Below, piece by piece: positions 1 to 10,453 of a DNA stretch of 39,853 nucleotides. Under the pieces are notes generated by a model, which made no database searches, was not told the origin of the DNA, and worked only from the letters and a program-made list of their open reading frames with translations. Made by a program: the position numbers and the translations under genes. Location of the stretch: IMG/VR virus record IMGVR_UViG_3300025072_000003; one strand, written 5' to 3'. How positions within the stretch are numbered: position 1 is the first letter of the stretch; each line of letters starts with the position of its first letter. The DNA comes from an uncultured virus (IMG/VR IMGVR_UViG_3300025072_000003) (Duplodnaviria > Heunggongvirae > Uroviricota > Caudoviricetes).

Positions 1-2
1 TG

Positions 3-869
3 GATGTTGAGACTGTAGAATTTAAATTAGACCATCTGACTCTAAAAACATACAATTACTTCCACCAATACACTAAAGAAATGGCGAATAAAACTAGGTG
101 GATTGCAAAAATAGACGATGATAGCATTAACGACATATCAAATTGGGTTGACAATTTAGATAAAGAATATGATCACGAAGGCGAATTTTATATAGTTACA
201 GAATTGCGAAATGACACTAAAAAAGAAGAATTAAACATTCTAGACGAAATGGGATACCACCACTGGATTCGTAACATCAAACAAAATGTACATCATGAAT
301 GGGAGGGATCGGTTTTGTCCTCGGTGGCAATTAGAAAAATAATAAATAACTCCGATGCATCAGAATTCATACAAAAAAGATCTTTGGTCCCCTCTGGGGT
401 TACAGATGTCGGGTTGGCTTACGCTGCTAGAATGGCAAAAATTTATCCTTCTAGCGCGTATTTCATGTCACCACAGGCACACTTTTGCAGCCATTCTATT
501 TTAGGTGGAGACTTAAATCACATTCACTTCATGTCACGCGATAGGGGAGAGTCATATAATAAATTTTTGTATCTTGTTGAAGGCAACGCTACAAATGATG
601 AACTAAAAATTCGCAATAAAGTTACAGACAAGCAATTTGTATTTGGAAAAAAAACGAAACCTTTAGGGATGTTTACGTTAGATAACTCAGGACAAATTAT
701 AGGATCTAAACACAAAAATGAAACTTTATGGAAAATAAAAAACAACAAAATTCAATTTATAAGCAGTAAAGGGGTTATAACTTGTGAATTTGAATACAAA
801 GAAGAAGAAAAAATGATTGGAAAATCTTCTATTCATAAAACAGAACTTTATCTATGTAAACTTATATAA
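3..869 (+). CDS. Fringe/GT31-like glycosyltransferase (5' partial)
   Basis: Frame is open from the window edge into ORF 81..869. It has WIAKIDDDS (DDD metal-binding motif) and TDVGLA, and sits in a glycan cluster. Confidence 0.5.
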   Translation, partial: DVETVEFKLDHLTLKTYNYFHQYTKEMANKTRWIAKIDDDSINDISNWVDNLDKEYDHEGEFYIVTELRNDTKKEELNILDEMGYHHWIRNIKQNVHHEWEGSVLSSVAIRKIINNSDASEFIQKRSLVPSGVTDVGLAYAARMAKIYPSSAYFMSPQAHFCSHSILGGDLNHIHFMSRDRGESYNKFLYLVEGNATNDELKIRNKVTDKQFVFGKKTKPLGMFTLDNSGQIIGSKHKNETLWKIKNNKIQFISSKGVITCEFEYKEEEKMIGKSSIHKTELYLCKLI

Positions 870-1352
870 TGGTGCGTTTTTGTCTTTTTCAGACAATATG
901 TATTCATCTGCTTCTGGCCAAACAATATTAAAGTCGTCATAATAATAATACTTCTCCACATCTGGTCGATATACATCATTCTGGAAATACAACAAACATG
1001 AGTCTTCTTCCGCACTATAAAAACCATGCCCGCATCCTGGCGGTATATGCACTTGAGTTGGTTTATTTTCATCTAACCAAACTCCAATCCATTTTTTATA
1101 TGTCTCAGAATCGTCTCTAAGATCTACAATGACATCATACAAAGACCCTTTTATGCAAGTGCATACCTTAGAAAATGGAGCGCAATGCAATCCTCTGATT
1201 GCGTTTTTCTTAGACTTTGAAAGATTAATTTGTTGACAACCAAAATCATACTTGTCTGAAAAGATCTCCTGAAAAAAACCTCTTGAGTCCGAAAACCTTT
1301 TTGGTCTAAATAGTTTTACCCCAGGAATCGCCAACTCCTCACATTCTATCAT
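852..1352 (-). CDS. rfbC: dTDP-4-dehydrorhamnose 3,5-epimerase
   Basis: DSRGFFQE, IRGLH, DVIVDLR and IPPGCGHGF motifs. Start reassigned to MIECEE, which follows a GGAGGT RBS. Confidence 0.93.
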   Translation of the reverse strand: MIECEELAIPGVKLFRPKRFSDSRGFFQEIFSDKYDFGCQQINLSKSKKNAIRGLHCAPFSKVCTCIKGSLYDVIVDLRDDSETYKKWIGVWLDENKPTQVHIPPGCGHGFYSAEEDSCLLYFQNDVYRPDVEKYYYYDDFNIVWPEADEYILSEKDKNAPLYKFT

Positions 1353-1410
1353 ATTACCTCCATAATTACTATAATATGATAGAAAGAATTGCACAATTGA
1401 GAAAAACAAA

Positions 1411-2073
1411 ATGAACAAAAGTGCCATAATAATTCCAGCAAGGATTGACAGCACAAGACTTCCAAGAAAAATGCTTCTGAACAAAACTGGCAAACCATTG
1501 ATGCAACATACTTGGGAAAACTGCATGAAATCAAACGCCGATTGCGTTTACATAGCATCTAGCGACAAAGAAATATTAGATTCTGCATCTAGTTTTGGCG
1601 CAAATACAATTGAAACAATTAATTGCAAGTGCGGAACTCAAAGGGTGTTTGAGGCAAGTAAAAGCCTAGATTTAAAGTTTATAATTAATGTACAAGGAGA
1701 TAACCCACAAGCGAGTCCTTGCACAATAAATAAAATAATAAGCTCACTAGAACATCACAGTTACGTCTCTGCATGCCATTCTTGTGAGTCATCTGAAAAC
1801 GAAGTCAAAGTGTTGATAGACTCCAAAGGATTCGCAAAGTGGTTCAGCAGGAAGCACTACATTCATGCTGGAGTATATGGGTTCAGAAAGGATGCTCTAA
1901 AAAAGTTTTCTTACTTAAGTGATACAGAAGATGGAAAGCTAGAAAGCCTTGAGCAACTTCGACTTTTAGAGAATTGCGAAAAAATTTATATGGTCCAATG
2001 TACAAAAACCATAGACATAAATTCACAAGACGACTACTCTAAATTTGTCAATGATTTTAAATTGACTCAATGA
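1411..2073 (+). CDS. kdsB: 3-deoxy-manno-octulosonate cytidylyltransferase (CMP-Kdo synthetase)
   Basis: IIIPARxxSTRLPRKML, INVQGDNP, HAGVYGFR and ESLEQLRLLENC motifs. Confidence 0.9.
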   Translation: MNKSAIIIPARIDSTRLPRKMLLNKTGKPLMQHTWENCMKSNADCVYIASSDKEILDSASSFGANTIETINCKCGTQRVFEASKSLDLKFIINVQGDNPQASPCTINKIISSLEHHSYVSACHSCESSENEVKVLIDSKGFAKWFSRKHYIHAGVYGFRKDALKKFSYLSDTEDGKLESLEQLRLLENCEKIYMVQCTKTIDINSQDDYSKFVNDFKLTQ

Positions 2074-2626
2074 AATTATCTTCATTCATTAATTTTATAA
2101 TTTCTCTCTCTCTTGACACTTTATGATATTTGTTTGTGGTAACATCACTGTCCCAATAATGATGCCTATCTGACTTGAAACCGTCTATACCATAAGTGTA
2201 TGCTTTTTTGTATTTTTTAACTCCATTAGAAATTGCATACATACCTGTTGAAGGAATGTATATAAGTTGTCTGTCAATTTTTGGAATACAACTAAACAAA
2301 TCTTCCTCTACCAATCTAATTATTGGGCAAGTTTCTTTGGGCTTAAAAATAGGAATTAAATCACCTCTTGCATCTCTTTCCCCCCAAGAATGAAAATCTC
2401 TCTCGCCCCAAAGCCAAACCTCCTTAATGTCATCGCTCAATTCATAGTTCCAAGCCTTGCGATGAATGCACAAAATATCTGTTCTTGAACCAACAAATTT
2501 TTCATATGATTTTATTTTGTAATTATTACATCTTATTATCACATCAAAAGAGTCTATAAACTCTCCTTTTTCTTCTTTCAAAACATTGCCGGAATTTCCA
2601 ACAATGATAGCTTTTGGCAATTTCAT
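2057..2626 (-). CDS. GT29 sialyltransferase-like glycosyltransferase
   Basis: Sialylmotif-like segments IVGNSG...GEFIDSFDVIIRCN...VGSRT (L), PSTG (S), HYW (III) and H...E (VS). Confidence 0.8.
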   Translation of the reverse strand: MKLPKAIIVGNSGNVLKEEKGEFIDSFDVIIRCNNYKIKSYEKFVGSRTDILCIHRKAWNYELSDDIKEVWLWGERDFHSWGERDARGDLIPIFKPKETCPIIRLVEEDLFSCIPKIDRQLIYIPSTGMYAISNGVKKYKKAYTYGIDGFKSDRHHYWDSDVTTNKYHKVSREREIIKLMNEDNFIESI

Positions 2627-2683
2627 CAAATTTACTCCAAAGTGCATTAATATTATTACTCAATAATATAGTACATATCAAAT

Positions 2684-3235
2684 ATGAAAACCCCCAAAAG
2701 AGCATTGTGGTTAGAATCTCTAATAAAGAAGAACAAATGGACTGTTGGCGCAGAGCTAGGCGTACAAGAAGGAAGAACATACATCCACTTACTGCAATCG
2801 TGTCCTAACCTTACGTTATTTGGCGTTGACATATGGACAACTAAAGATGTCAGAAAAAGAGGGAACACCAATGGATGGATAGATCAAACTAGCATAGGTT
2901 ATGGATATTATCTCAACATCAAAAAATTACTAAAACAAGAAAACATGAATCACAGAGGAACAACCCTAAGGATGATGACGCATGAAGCGACTGAATATGT
3001 TGACGATAAAAGTCTTGATTTCATATTCATAGATGCCAGTCACACTTACAAAGATGTTTTAAGCGACATTGCAAATTGGTCTAAAAAAGTAAAAGACACT
3101 GGCTACATCACTGGACATGACCTGAGTTGGACAGATGTTAACCTTGCAATAAATGACACTATAGCAAGGTGCGATAGTGGTCCAGACGATACATGGATAG
3201 CCCACAAAAGAAATTTGAAATTATCATTATTATGA
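2684..3235 (+). CDS. Class I SAM-dependent methyltransferase (Methyltransf_24-like)
   Basis: GAELGVQEGRT, LDFIFIDASHTY and GYITGHD motifs. Confidence 0.85.
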   Translation: MKTPKRALWLESLIKKNKWTVGAELGVQEGRTYIHLLQSCPNLTLFGVDIWTTKDVRKRGNTNGWIDQTSIGYGYYLNIKKLLKQENMNHRGTTLRMMTHEATEYVDDKSLDFIFIDASHTYKDVLSDIANWSKKVKDTGYITGHDLSWTDVNLAINDTIARCDSGPDDTWIAHKRNLKLSLL

Positions 3236-3903
3236 AAAAAGTAGTATGTCTTAAATGGGGCAACAAATACTCCTCCAAGTACGCAAACATTCTTTATAGC
3301 ATGGTGCGAAGGCACACATCTGGTCCTCTAGAATTCGTATGCGTTACGGAAGATGGAAAAAACCTCAACAGAAATATAGTAATTAAAGAAATGCCAACAG
3401 ACTTCCTAAGTGGATGGTGGAATAAATTGTCGCTTTTTAAGCCTGGGATTTTGGAGGGTCGTTTTTTATTTCTGGACTTAGATATAGTAATACACGGAAG
3501 CATTGACCCATTATTTGAGCTAATGCCAGAAAGCCCGTTTTGCGTAATTAGAGATTTTGGCCGATACTACAAAAATACTTACAATTCTAGCGTGATGAGG
3601 TTTGATTCCCAAAAAACAAATTACATATGGGAAGAATACATGTATTCCAAAAAAGAATTTGACAATTATGATGGAGATCAAAATGTAATATCAAAAATAT
3701 TGAAAGAAAAACACAATCATGAAATATTCCCTGACCACCTAACTTGGTCATACAAGTTTGGAAGTATAAGAAACAAATACGAAAAGCTAAAACTCCCTCC
3801 ACCAAAATCAATAATGTCAATATTTCATGGTCATCCAAATCCCCCAGAAGTCAAAGACAAATGGGTTGTTGACAATTGGAGACAAGACATTCCTCTTTTA
3901 TAG
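3232..3903 (+). CDS. Glycosyltransferase (GT8-like, phage CLKWG family)
   Basis: MKKVVCLKWGNKY, GWWNKL, FLDLDIVI, NSSVM, GDQ and FHGHPNP motifs. Confidence 0.8.
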   Translation: MKKVVCLKWGNKYSSKYANILYSMVRRHTSGPLEFVCVTEDGKNLNRNIVIKEMPTDFLSGWWNKLSLFKPGILEGRFLFLDLDIVIHGSIDPLFELMPESPFCVIRDFGRYYKNTYNSSVMRFDSQKTNYIWEEYMYSKKEFDNYDGDQNVISKILKEKHNHEIFPDHLTWSYKFGSIRNKYEKLKLPPPKSIMSIFHGHPNPPEVKDKWVVDNWRQDIPLL

Positions 3904-4731
3904 AATTGATATTCCTTTAATTTTCGAACCTATGTACATAGCAACCCCAAATGGAGAATACAAATCTTTCCACAAACGACTAATCTCTATTGAATTTTTC
4001 ACCATTTTTGCATCATCTTCTAAAATTTCAAATACTGAGGTTTCCAAATCCGCAATCCAATCTTCGACGTAAATTGCTGGCGTTTTATTAAACAACGACA
4101 ATTCATTTGGGTGTTGGTGAGCAATAATGTTGCATCCACACGCTACAGATTCCGTGAATCTAATACATTCTGAATGAATATGTCCATGCGGAGACAAAGA
4201 TATTTTTGAATTGGACATTATATCAGAATATTTACATATGTCATATCCACTATTCCAGTCTTTTGTAAACTCAATAATTACATTAAGACTATCCTTATAT
4301 TTGTCCCTGAATGATACAGCAGCCGTGTGAAAATTTTTCCTATGCTTCCAAAACACATCTTCACTCCCTCTAAATACTTGACCACAAAAAAATACGTCTA
4401 CTTTCCTAGACAGTATTGGGATGTCGCTATTCCCTACAAAACCTTTGTTTGTGGGAAGTGGTATGTGATAAACATTTTTAATACTATCATGATGTAACAT
4501 CATTTTGAAAACATATCCAACATCTTTGTAATAAGATGGGATCACCCCACGTTCGTGTGCGTCGGGAGTTAAAATTGCAATTACATGATTTCCTGTTTCT
4601 GGAATGTTTTTATAATCATTAGAAACCACAATTGTTTTATCTTTGAATTCATTGCCTTCAAAATAAGAAGTCAATTCATCAAAAAAATCATTCTCTATGT
4701 GACTGCCTGGAATTTTTTTTATTACTTTCAT
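3898..4731 (-). CDS. Exostosin/GT47-like glycosyltransferase
   Basis: RKVDVFFCG...YSDIMSNSKISLSPHG...IRFTESVACGC. Confidence 0.65.
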   Translation of the reverse strand: MKVIKKIPGSHIENDFFDELTSYFEGNEFKDKTIVVSNDYKNIPETGNHVIAILTPDAHERGVIPSYYKDVGYVFKMMLHHDSIKNVYHIPLPTNKGFVGNSDIPILSRKVDVFFCGQVFRGSEDVFWKHRKNFHTAAVSFRDKYKDSLNVIIEFTKDWNSGYDICKYSDIMSNSKISLSPHGHIHSECIRFTESVACGCNIIAHQHPNELSLFNKTPAIYVEDWIADLETSVFEILEDDAKMVKNSIEISRLWKDLYSPFGVAMYIGSKIKGISIL

Positions 4732-5444
4732 TTGTGAATTATATACGCATTATCTGGATTCTTGAACGTCCTAAATTCATTGTGAAGAGGCAAACCAGTA
4801 CGTATTTTAGGGCATTTAATTATTCCCTCCACACATCTGTAGCGATTCATACTGCTGAGCAAATAATTAAATGCGCCCATATTAGCATTTACATCAAATG
4901 GACAACCTCTAAGAACTTTACATAAGTCTTCCAAAAACCTAATCATAACTATACGATCTCCTCCCAAAATTCCTGCGTTATATATTACTGGCATACCAAC
5001 AACAGGAAGGTTTGACTCTTTCAATTTATCCTTTACCCATTTACGTTTTGCATTTTTGACTTCTGAACCAACATAAATGTCATTTTCATCCATCATCTCA
5101 AAAGGGTTTCCACAAAAAGACACGTCAAACATATCAGTCATCATCACTTTGTCAATTTCTGTGTGGTTTTTTAAATAGTTTAAATAACAAAAAAACCTTT
5201 CGTCATTATAAGACTTTCTGTTTTTGCATTCATGAAATAAAAATTTGCAATTTTTTGATGTAAACATTTCAACAAAATCATCAGACAATTCATTGTGAAA
5301 TACTACCGATTGCAGATTTTCTTCATGCAAAGAAGTGTACCACCCTTCCATTAGACTGAAATCATCCTTTTTACACCTTTCTGTACAATCATGTTGAGAA
5401 AATCCATTTGGTTTAGAAAAATAAGTAGAAAATATAAAATTCAT
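4728..5444 (-). CDS. Putative glycosyltransferase (GT-A fold)
   Basis: RFFCYLNYL...VMMTDMFDV...NPF...YNAGILGG pattern, within the glycan cluster. Confidence 0.55.
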   Translation of the reverse strand: MNFIFSTYFSKPNGFSQHDCTERCKKDDFSLMEGWYTSLHEENLQSVVFHNELSDDFVEMFTSKNCKFLFHECKNRKSYNDERFFCYLNYLKNHTEIDKVMMTDMFDVSFCGNPFEMMDENDIYVGSEVKNAKRKWVKDKLKESNLPVVGMPVIYNAGILGGDRIVMIRFLEDLCKVLRGCPFDVNANMGAFNYLLSSMNRYRCVEGIIKCPKIRTGLPLHNEFRTFKNPDNAYIIHK

Positions 5445-6166
5445 TACAAAAACGTAGCTTCCTTTTTGTCAAATTCAACCAAAAACTTAGTTGTCCTTTC
5501 ATTGATTTCAATAGAATCTATCAAATTAAATTTATGAGAATTAAGACCTTCATTCCTAAAATCGTAATTTCCTTCTCTTAAATCTCTGAGAATAGTTGCA
5601 TTTTTTTGTCTCATGGATTTATTTATGCCTTCCTCACACAAATGCCATTTATGTTTTTTGTGAGGCAATGATCTGTACCTTCCTTTCCTCGGACGACCGA
5701 TTGAATTTCCAGACTGTATTATTCTTTCTCCAAAATCAATATCTTCTGATCCCCATCCCCAATAATTGTTTGAAAACCCATTTGCCTTCACATAATCTGT
5801 TGACTTAAGCAATATAGCCCCTCCCCAATAAGTTGGAGCATTCAACTTCCATCCAAACTGTTCAACATGCACTGCCAAATGAATTGGAGAATCTGACCAT
5901 GAGTAATCGCACTTGTCATCGACAGGTATCATATCAACATCATGTTGACAAATGTAATCTACGCCACATTTCTGAGACAAAGAAAAAGCTGCGTTTATAC
6001 ATCTTCCTTTATTAAAGTAATTTCCGTCATTTGATTGTTCTGCAATGTATATGTGCCAATCAACATCCTTCAAATTATTTTCCAACCATTCAGACATATG
6101 TGGCACAAAAACATCTAAATTATCCTTTCTATCACGATAACTGACTAATAGCCCAAATTTATGCAT
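5444..6166 (-). CDS. GT7 beta-1,4-galactosyltransferase-like protein
   Basis: YRDR, FNKGRCINA, HDVD and NGFSNNYWGWGSED motifs. Confidence 0.88.
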   Translation of the reverse strand: MHKFGLLVSYRDRKDNLDVFVPHMSEWLENNLKDVDWHIYIAEQSNDGNYFNKGRCINAAFSLSQKCGVDYICQHDVDMIPVDDKCDYSWSDSPIHLAVHVEQFGWKLNAPTYWGGAILLKSTDYVKANGFSNNYWGWGSEDIDFGERIIQSGNSIGRPRKGRYRSLPHKKHKWHLCEEGINKSMRQKNATILRDLREGNYDFRNEGLNSHKFNLIDSIEINERTTKFLVEFDKKEATFL

Positions 6167-6935
6167 TAAATTTCACTTCTATATCATTGAAATCCTGCGT
6201 GACGAACCAACGTCCATCCTTTGTCCCAATATCATATCCTAAATTTGAGTCAATCCTGTCTTTTACTAGATCTGTTGTAGTGAAAAACTTTTCCAAGTCA
6301 GATCTAGTAGCCCCAATTTTTAGCGAAGAGACTCCAACATTTTCAAACCAATCCGTGTATATTTTCTTAGGATTGAGAGCCACCTTTTGAACAGGCATCA
6401 TCCTTAAAATAGATTGATCGACTCCCAATTCTAATAACTCATTTTCAGAAAACACTAGATGAACAAAGGCTTTATTTATTTTATGATAAACATGACCTCC
6501 ATGACGACTGCTCCAAGGATGCGACCTAACCTTTACAATAGTTTTTTCATTACTAAGACTCTTAATATCTTTGATTAATTGAACTGGGTTTTGAGAATGA
6601 TCTATAACATCATAGACAAAGATTTCATCAAATGGACCCCAGGACTTCGCCTCTTCCAAAGAATTGGTCAAAGGAAGTCCATCTGACCAATTCTTAACAA
6701 TATCGTATCCAAATGCCTTGAATCCTATTTCATTTAACTCAGAAACTAAATGATGTTGACCACATCCAAAATCTAGTATTTTTTTACCTTTTGCATCTCC
6801 AAACCAATAAGAAGCAGCCATTCCTTTTGCTCTGTCTATTTTAGACTCTTCAGAAAAAGGATCGCAAAGCAAAAAATCTGGGACGGCTTTTGGCCAATTA
6901 TCTCCATTAACCAAATCAAACAATGGTTTATTCAT
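6159..6935 (-). CDS. Class I SAM-dependent methyltransferase
   Basis: KILDFGCG motif I and FDEIFVYDVIDH. AAGGAG RBS upstream. Confidence 0.8.
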   Translation of the reverse strand: MNKPLFDLVNGDNWPKAVPDFLLCDPFSEESKIDRAKGMAASYWFGDAKGKKILDFGCGQHHLVSELNEIGFKAFGYDIVKNWSDGLPLTNSLEEAKSWGPFDEIFVYDVIDHSQNPVQLIKDIKSLSNEKTIVKVRSHPWSSRHGGHVYHKINKAFVHLVFSENELLELGVDQSILRMMPVQKVALNPKKIYTDWFENVGVSSLKIGATRSDLEKFFTTTDLVKDRIDSNLGYDIGTKDGRWFVTQDFNDIEVKFNA

Positions 6936-7039
6936 AATAATTCAACTCCTTACATTAATATACATATATATGCACAAACACAAGGTTCCACAACATGCAT
7001 TAAAGGAGATTCAATGAAAGCCTTCATTGTTTTTAAAAA

Positions 7040-7792
7040 ATGAAAGTAGCTGTTTGTTATTCTGGGTTGTGCAGAGGCAACATTAAACGCAACATATCTT
7101 TGGCAAGATACCATTTCCCTATGTCAGACTTGTTTTTCTCTACATGGAAAGGAGAGAAAACATGCGGCATAAATGAGCCAATATCGTACTATCCGCAGCC
7201 AAAAATGCATTACCATCCAGTCATAGATGCAATTGAGGAGTGTGATGCGCCAAAATTCAAAACATACAAATCAAATGGACGAAAAAAAATATGCAAGAAA
7301 ACAAAAAATGGCACAAAACAGATATTGGCACACGCACATTTGTTAAATGACATTGACAATTCATATGACATGATAGTAAGAATCAGATATGATTCTGTTC
7401 TATCCACAAACGTATCTTTCACCAACCTGTTAGAGAAATCATACAATGAACGTTCATCAATTGGATTTGGAACAAGGCTATCCAGGCATAAAAACTTCAA
7501 TGTTCTGAGAGAAGTTCCAAAAATATATCCAAATAAAAAAAATCACAAAAAAGTAAGTCATGATTGGGGATGGAACTTAATGGACCCTATGATTTTTCAC
7601 AGAAGAGACATGTTCGACACAAACAATGCATTTAATCTTCATTATGAAAAACGCTTGTGGAATGCAGAATGGGGGTGGTATCAAATGCTCAGCAAGCCTT
7701 ATGGCGACAATCATTCCTCAATATATGGTGGAGTGCAAATAGAAAAATATCTAACACCAAACTCTCTAAATATCACGGTGAAACACCTATAA
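7040..7792 (+). CDS. Conserved glycan-cluster protein (putative glycosyltransferase)
   Basis: MKVAVCYSGLCR start and YDMIVRIRYD motif, typical of phage glycan loci. Confidence 0.55.
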   Translation: MKVAVCYSGLCRGNIKRNISLARYHFPMSDLFFSTWKGEKTCGINEPISYYPQPKMHYHPVIDAIEECDAPKFKTYKSNGRKKICKKTKNGTKQILAHAHLLNDIDNSYDMIVRIRYDSVLSTNVSFTNLLEKSYNERSSIGFGTRLSRHKNFNVLREVPKIYPNKKNHKKVSHDWGWNLMDPMIFHRRDMFDTNNAFNLHYEKRLWNAEWGWYQMLSKPYGDNHSSIYGGVQIEKYLTPNSLNITVKHL

Positions 7793-8427
7793 TGAAAAGC
7801 ATAAAAGAATTGTTTGACAAATATGATTGCGACAAATCATCAAAGCACAATTATCATGAGGTGTATGAAAAATTATTTTTGCCATTGAAAGACAAATTCA
7901 TTAACATGCTTGAAATTGGCGTCTACAAAGGCTCATCAACCATGGCTCATCATGATTATTTCAAAAACGGAACAATTCATGGTCTTGATTTGTTTCATCG
8001 AACAAAAATTAAAGAAATTATTGCATCTACTAAAGATAGAATAATCTTAACAAAAGGAGATAGCACAAATCCAAAAATAGCAAACAAACTTAGTGAAACA
8101 CAATATGACATAATAATTGATGATGGAGCACATTACCCAAAAGCAAATAGACTTTCATTTGAAAACACAAAAAAACTTCTTGCCCCTAATGGAATCTATA
8201 TAATTGAAGATGTTTGGCCTCTTGAAAAAATGTCTGTCACAGAAATGAATAATAGCTGGGTAAAAAAACATCCAGAACGATACAACATGCACGAAAATCA
8301 TCTGTTCCTTCAATCACTTGAAAATTCACGTTTTGAAATTGAAAGATTTGATCTTAGAGAAAAATCAGGGAACCCAGACAGCTATATAATCCTACTTAAA
8401 AACACATATAACAAGTTGTATTTATGA
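7792..8427 (+). CDS. Class I SAM-dependent (sugar O-)methyltransferase
   Basis: DKxxKHNYHEVYE, MLEIGVYKGSS, YDIIIDDGAH and GIYIIEDV. Start MKSIKE overlaps the previous stop (TAATG). Confidence 0.85.
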   Translation: MKSIKELFDKYDCDKSSKHNYHEVYEKLFLPLKDKFINMLEIGVYKGSSTMAHHDYFKNGTIHGLDLFHRTKIKEIIASTKDRIILTKGDSTNPKIANKLSETQYDIIIDDGAHYPKANRLSFENTKKLLAPNGIYIIEDVWPLEKMSVTEMNNSWVKKHPERYNMHENHLFLQSLENSRFEIERFDLREKSGNPDSYIILLKNTYNKLYL

Positions 8428-8957
8428 TCTCCAAAATAATGCTAGTCGGCAATGGACCAACAAAAAAAAGGTGGGGCGAGTTCATAGATTCTTTTGATGC
8501 AGTGGTTCGATTCAACGAATTTCATACAGATGGATTTGAGGAATGGGTTGGAAGCAAAACAACAATATGGTGCTTTTCAAGTAACATATTTCACAACTTC
8601 TGTGATTTTGATCCAAAATGCAACTCTGCGTGGGTTTTTTTTAGAGGTGAAAAAAAATTCACATCTGAAAAACTAAACAAACGTAATATTGACTGGAAAT
8701 CTGCCCCTCTAAATGCTCCTAAAGAATGTGGAGGATTTCCATCTACTGGAATGCATGCAATTTATGCCGCAATGCACTTTTATCCAAATAGTGAATTGTG
8801 GATTTCAGGGTTTAGAGGATCAACATCACATTATTGGACAAAAAACAAACGTGGTAATGGTGGTGTTCACAAGTGGGATTTAGAGCAGCGCCATATTAAA
8901 GAAATAGAATCACAAGGATTAATTAAAACAGACGATGCAACAGTTAAATTTCTTTAA
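8424..8957 (+). CDS. Second GT29 sialyltransferase-like glycosyltransferase
   Basis: LVGNGP...GEFIDSFDAVVRFN...VGSKT, PSTG, HYW and HKWDLE. Confidence 0.78.
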   Translation: MISKIMLVGNGPTKKRWGEFIDSFDAVVRFNEFHTDGFEEWVGSKTTIWCFSSNIFHNFCDFDPKCNSAWVFFRGEKKFTSEKLNKRNIDWKSAPLNAPKECGGFPSTGMHAIYAAMHFYPNSELWISGFRGSTSHYWTKNKRGNGGVHKWDLEQRHIKEIESQGLIKTDDATVKFL

Positions 8958-8962
8958 CATTT

Positions 8963-9532
8963 ATGATCTCCGAAAAATATAAATGCTTTTTTATACACAT
9001 TCCAAAAACTGGTGGGAAAAGCGTAGAAAAAGCATTCAAACAACATGGAGATCACAAACCATATAACAGATTGAAACTTCATCCAAAGTGGAATGAATGG
9101 CATTCATTTTCAATTGTCAGAAACCCATGGGACAGAATGGTTTCAGCTTATCATTATATTAAAAAAATAAATGAACATCCATTTAAACATGGAATGTCTT
9201 TTAATTCATTTTTACACAATTCAAGATTCATCAAAAGGAAAGGAGAATATGATCCAAGATTTTGGTGGATAAGACAATATGAATGGATAGTCAAAAACGA
9301 CAGACTAGTTGTTGACGAAGTTTTGAAATTTGAAAATCTTAATTATGAATTTTCAAAATTTGCAAAAAAAATAGGCTTCAAAGAAAGCCTTCCTCATACA
9401 AACAAATCTTCCCACTCTCATTACAGCAATTATTATACTGAAAAAAGCAAAATGATTATTGACAAATGGTTCCAAAAAGACATAGAATTTTTCAATTACA
9501 AATTCGAGAGAAAGAATGTTAAACTCTTATAG
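8963..9532 (+). CDS. Sulfotransferase family 2 protein
   Basis: FIHIPKTGGKS (5'-PSB) and VRNPWDRMVSAY (3'-PB) motifs. Confidence 0.88.
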   Translation: MISEKYKCFFIHIPKTGGKSVEKAFKQHGDHKPYNRLKLHPKWNEWHSFSIVRNPWDRMVSAYHYIKKINEHPFKHGMSFNSFLHNSRFIKRKGEYDPRFWWIRQYEWIVKNDRLVVDEVLKFENLNYEFSKFAKKIGFKESLPHTNKSSHSHYSNYYTEKSKMIIDKWFQKDIEFFNYKFERKNVKLL

Positions 9533-9833
9533 GCTTCCCTTCAACAGGCGGTCCACCATAGAAATACTCGCCTGGATTAGAAGCCTCATAGACATCAGAA
9601 GCCTTAACCATATACCTGAAAGCAATAAATGGCTCATCATACACAGCTATTTGATGATCTGCGTGTTCCTTAGCAAACTTTCTGCTCATCGTGACATACT
9701 CATTATTGCCACGCAAAAGAGATTCATCTGCTGATGCTGCCCTGAAAATTATAGCATAACTGTTTTTATAACCAGTTTCAGGCAAGCTACGACCCCTTTT
9801 ACGAGTCTCTAAGAAATCTTTGAATCCAAACAT
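9519..9833 (-). CDS. Hypothetical protein with FKxFLE N-terminus (possible head-packaged protein)
   Basis: 104-aa ORF starting MFGFKDFLE, with CATAAATA just upstream. Confidence 0.6.
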   Translation of the reverse strand: MFGFKDFLETRKRGRSLPETGYKNSYAIIFRAASADESLLRGNNEYVTMSRKFAKEHADHQIAVYDEPFIAFRYMVKASDVYEASNPGEYFYGGPPVEGKPIRV

Positions 9834-9903
9834 GCATTATTTATGTAATTTGACAAAAATATCATATATAAGTTATTAAACTAACCAATTTCAGAGATCA
9901 AAA

Positions 9904-10449
9904 ATGATTAACTTCAAAGAATACATCGAACATGTAAATAGACAGCCATTGGTGATGGAAATCGCCCAAATAATCTCTGAAATGGAACAAGATCCAGATG
10001 TCATTCTAATGAAATGCGTAGAAGAAACAAACCCAGAATTGTTCTATGCATTAGATGAAGCTGGATTCTGGAACAATGTATGGGGCGCAGCCAAAGATGC
10101 AGGACAATCAATAAAGCAAGGCGCACAAGCATGGGGTGCAAAAACTCATGATAGATTTGCTGGCCCACATGCAAAAATACAAAGCATTATGGCATCAGTT
10201 GACAAATTGGTAAAAATGATGCAAAATGATCCAGAATTAGCAAAGGTTTCTGGAGGAGGAGGAACAGAAATCGCCACCATGCTAGATAACCTAAAGCAAA
10301 AACTACAGACTTGGCATGACAGAATCCCACAAATGGGATCAATTGGCGCACAAAGCACTAGAGTTGGAACTCAAACCCCAGGTGGACAAGCGCCAACATA
10401 TGCTGGCAGTCAAGCTCCTGCTGGACCAAATGTTGTGCCTCAAGTGTAA
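9904..10449 (+). CDS. Hypothetical protein with FKEYIE N-terminus (possible virion protein)
   Basis: 181-aa ORF starting MINFKEYIE, with a low-complexity G/Q/P tail. Confidence 0.65.
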   Translation: MINFKEYIEHVNRQPLVMEIAQIISEMEQDPDVILMKCVEETNPELFYALDEAGFWNNVWGAAKDAGQSIKQGAQAWGAKTHDRFAGPHAKIQSIMASVDKLVKMMQNDPELAKVSGGGGTEIATMLDNLKQKLQTWHDRIPQMGSIGAQSTRVGTQTPGGQAPTYAGSQAPAGPNVVPQV

Positions 10450-10453
10450 AAAC

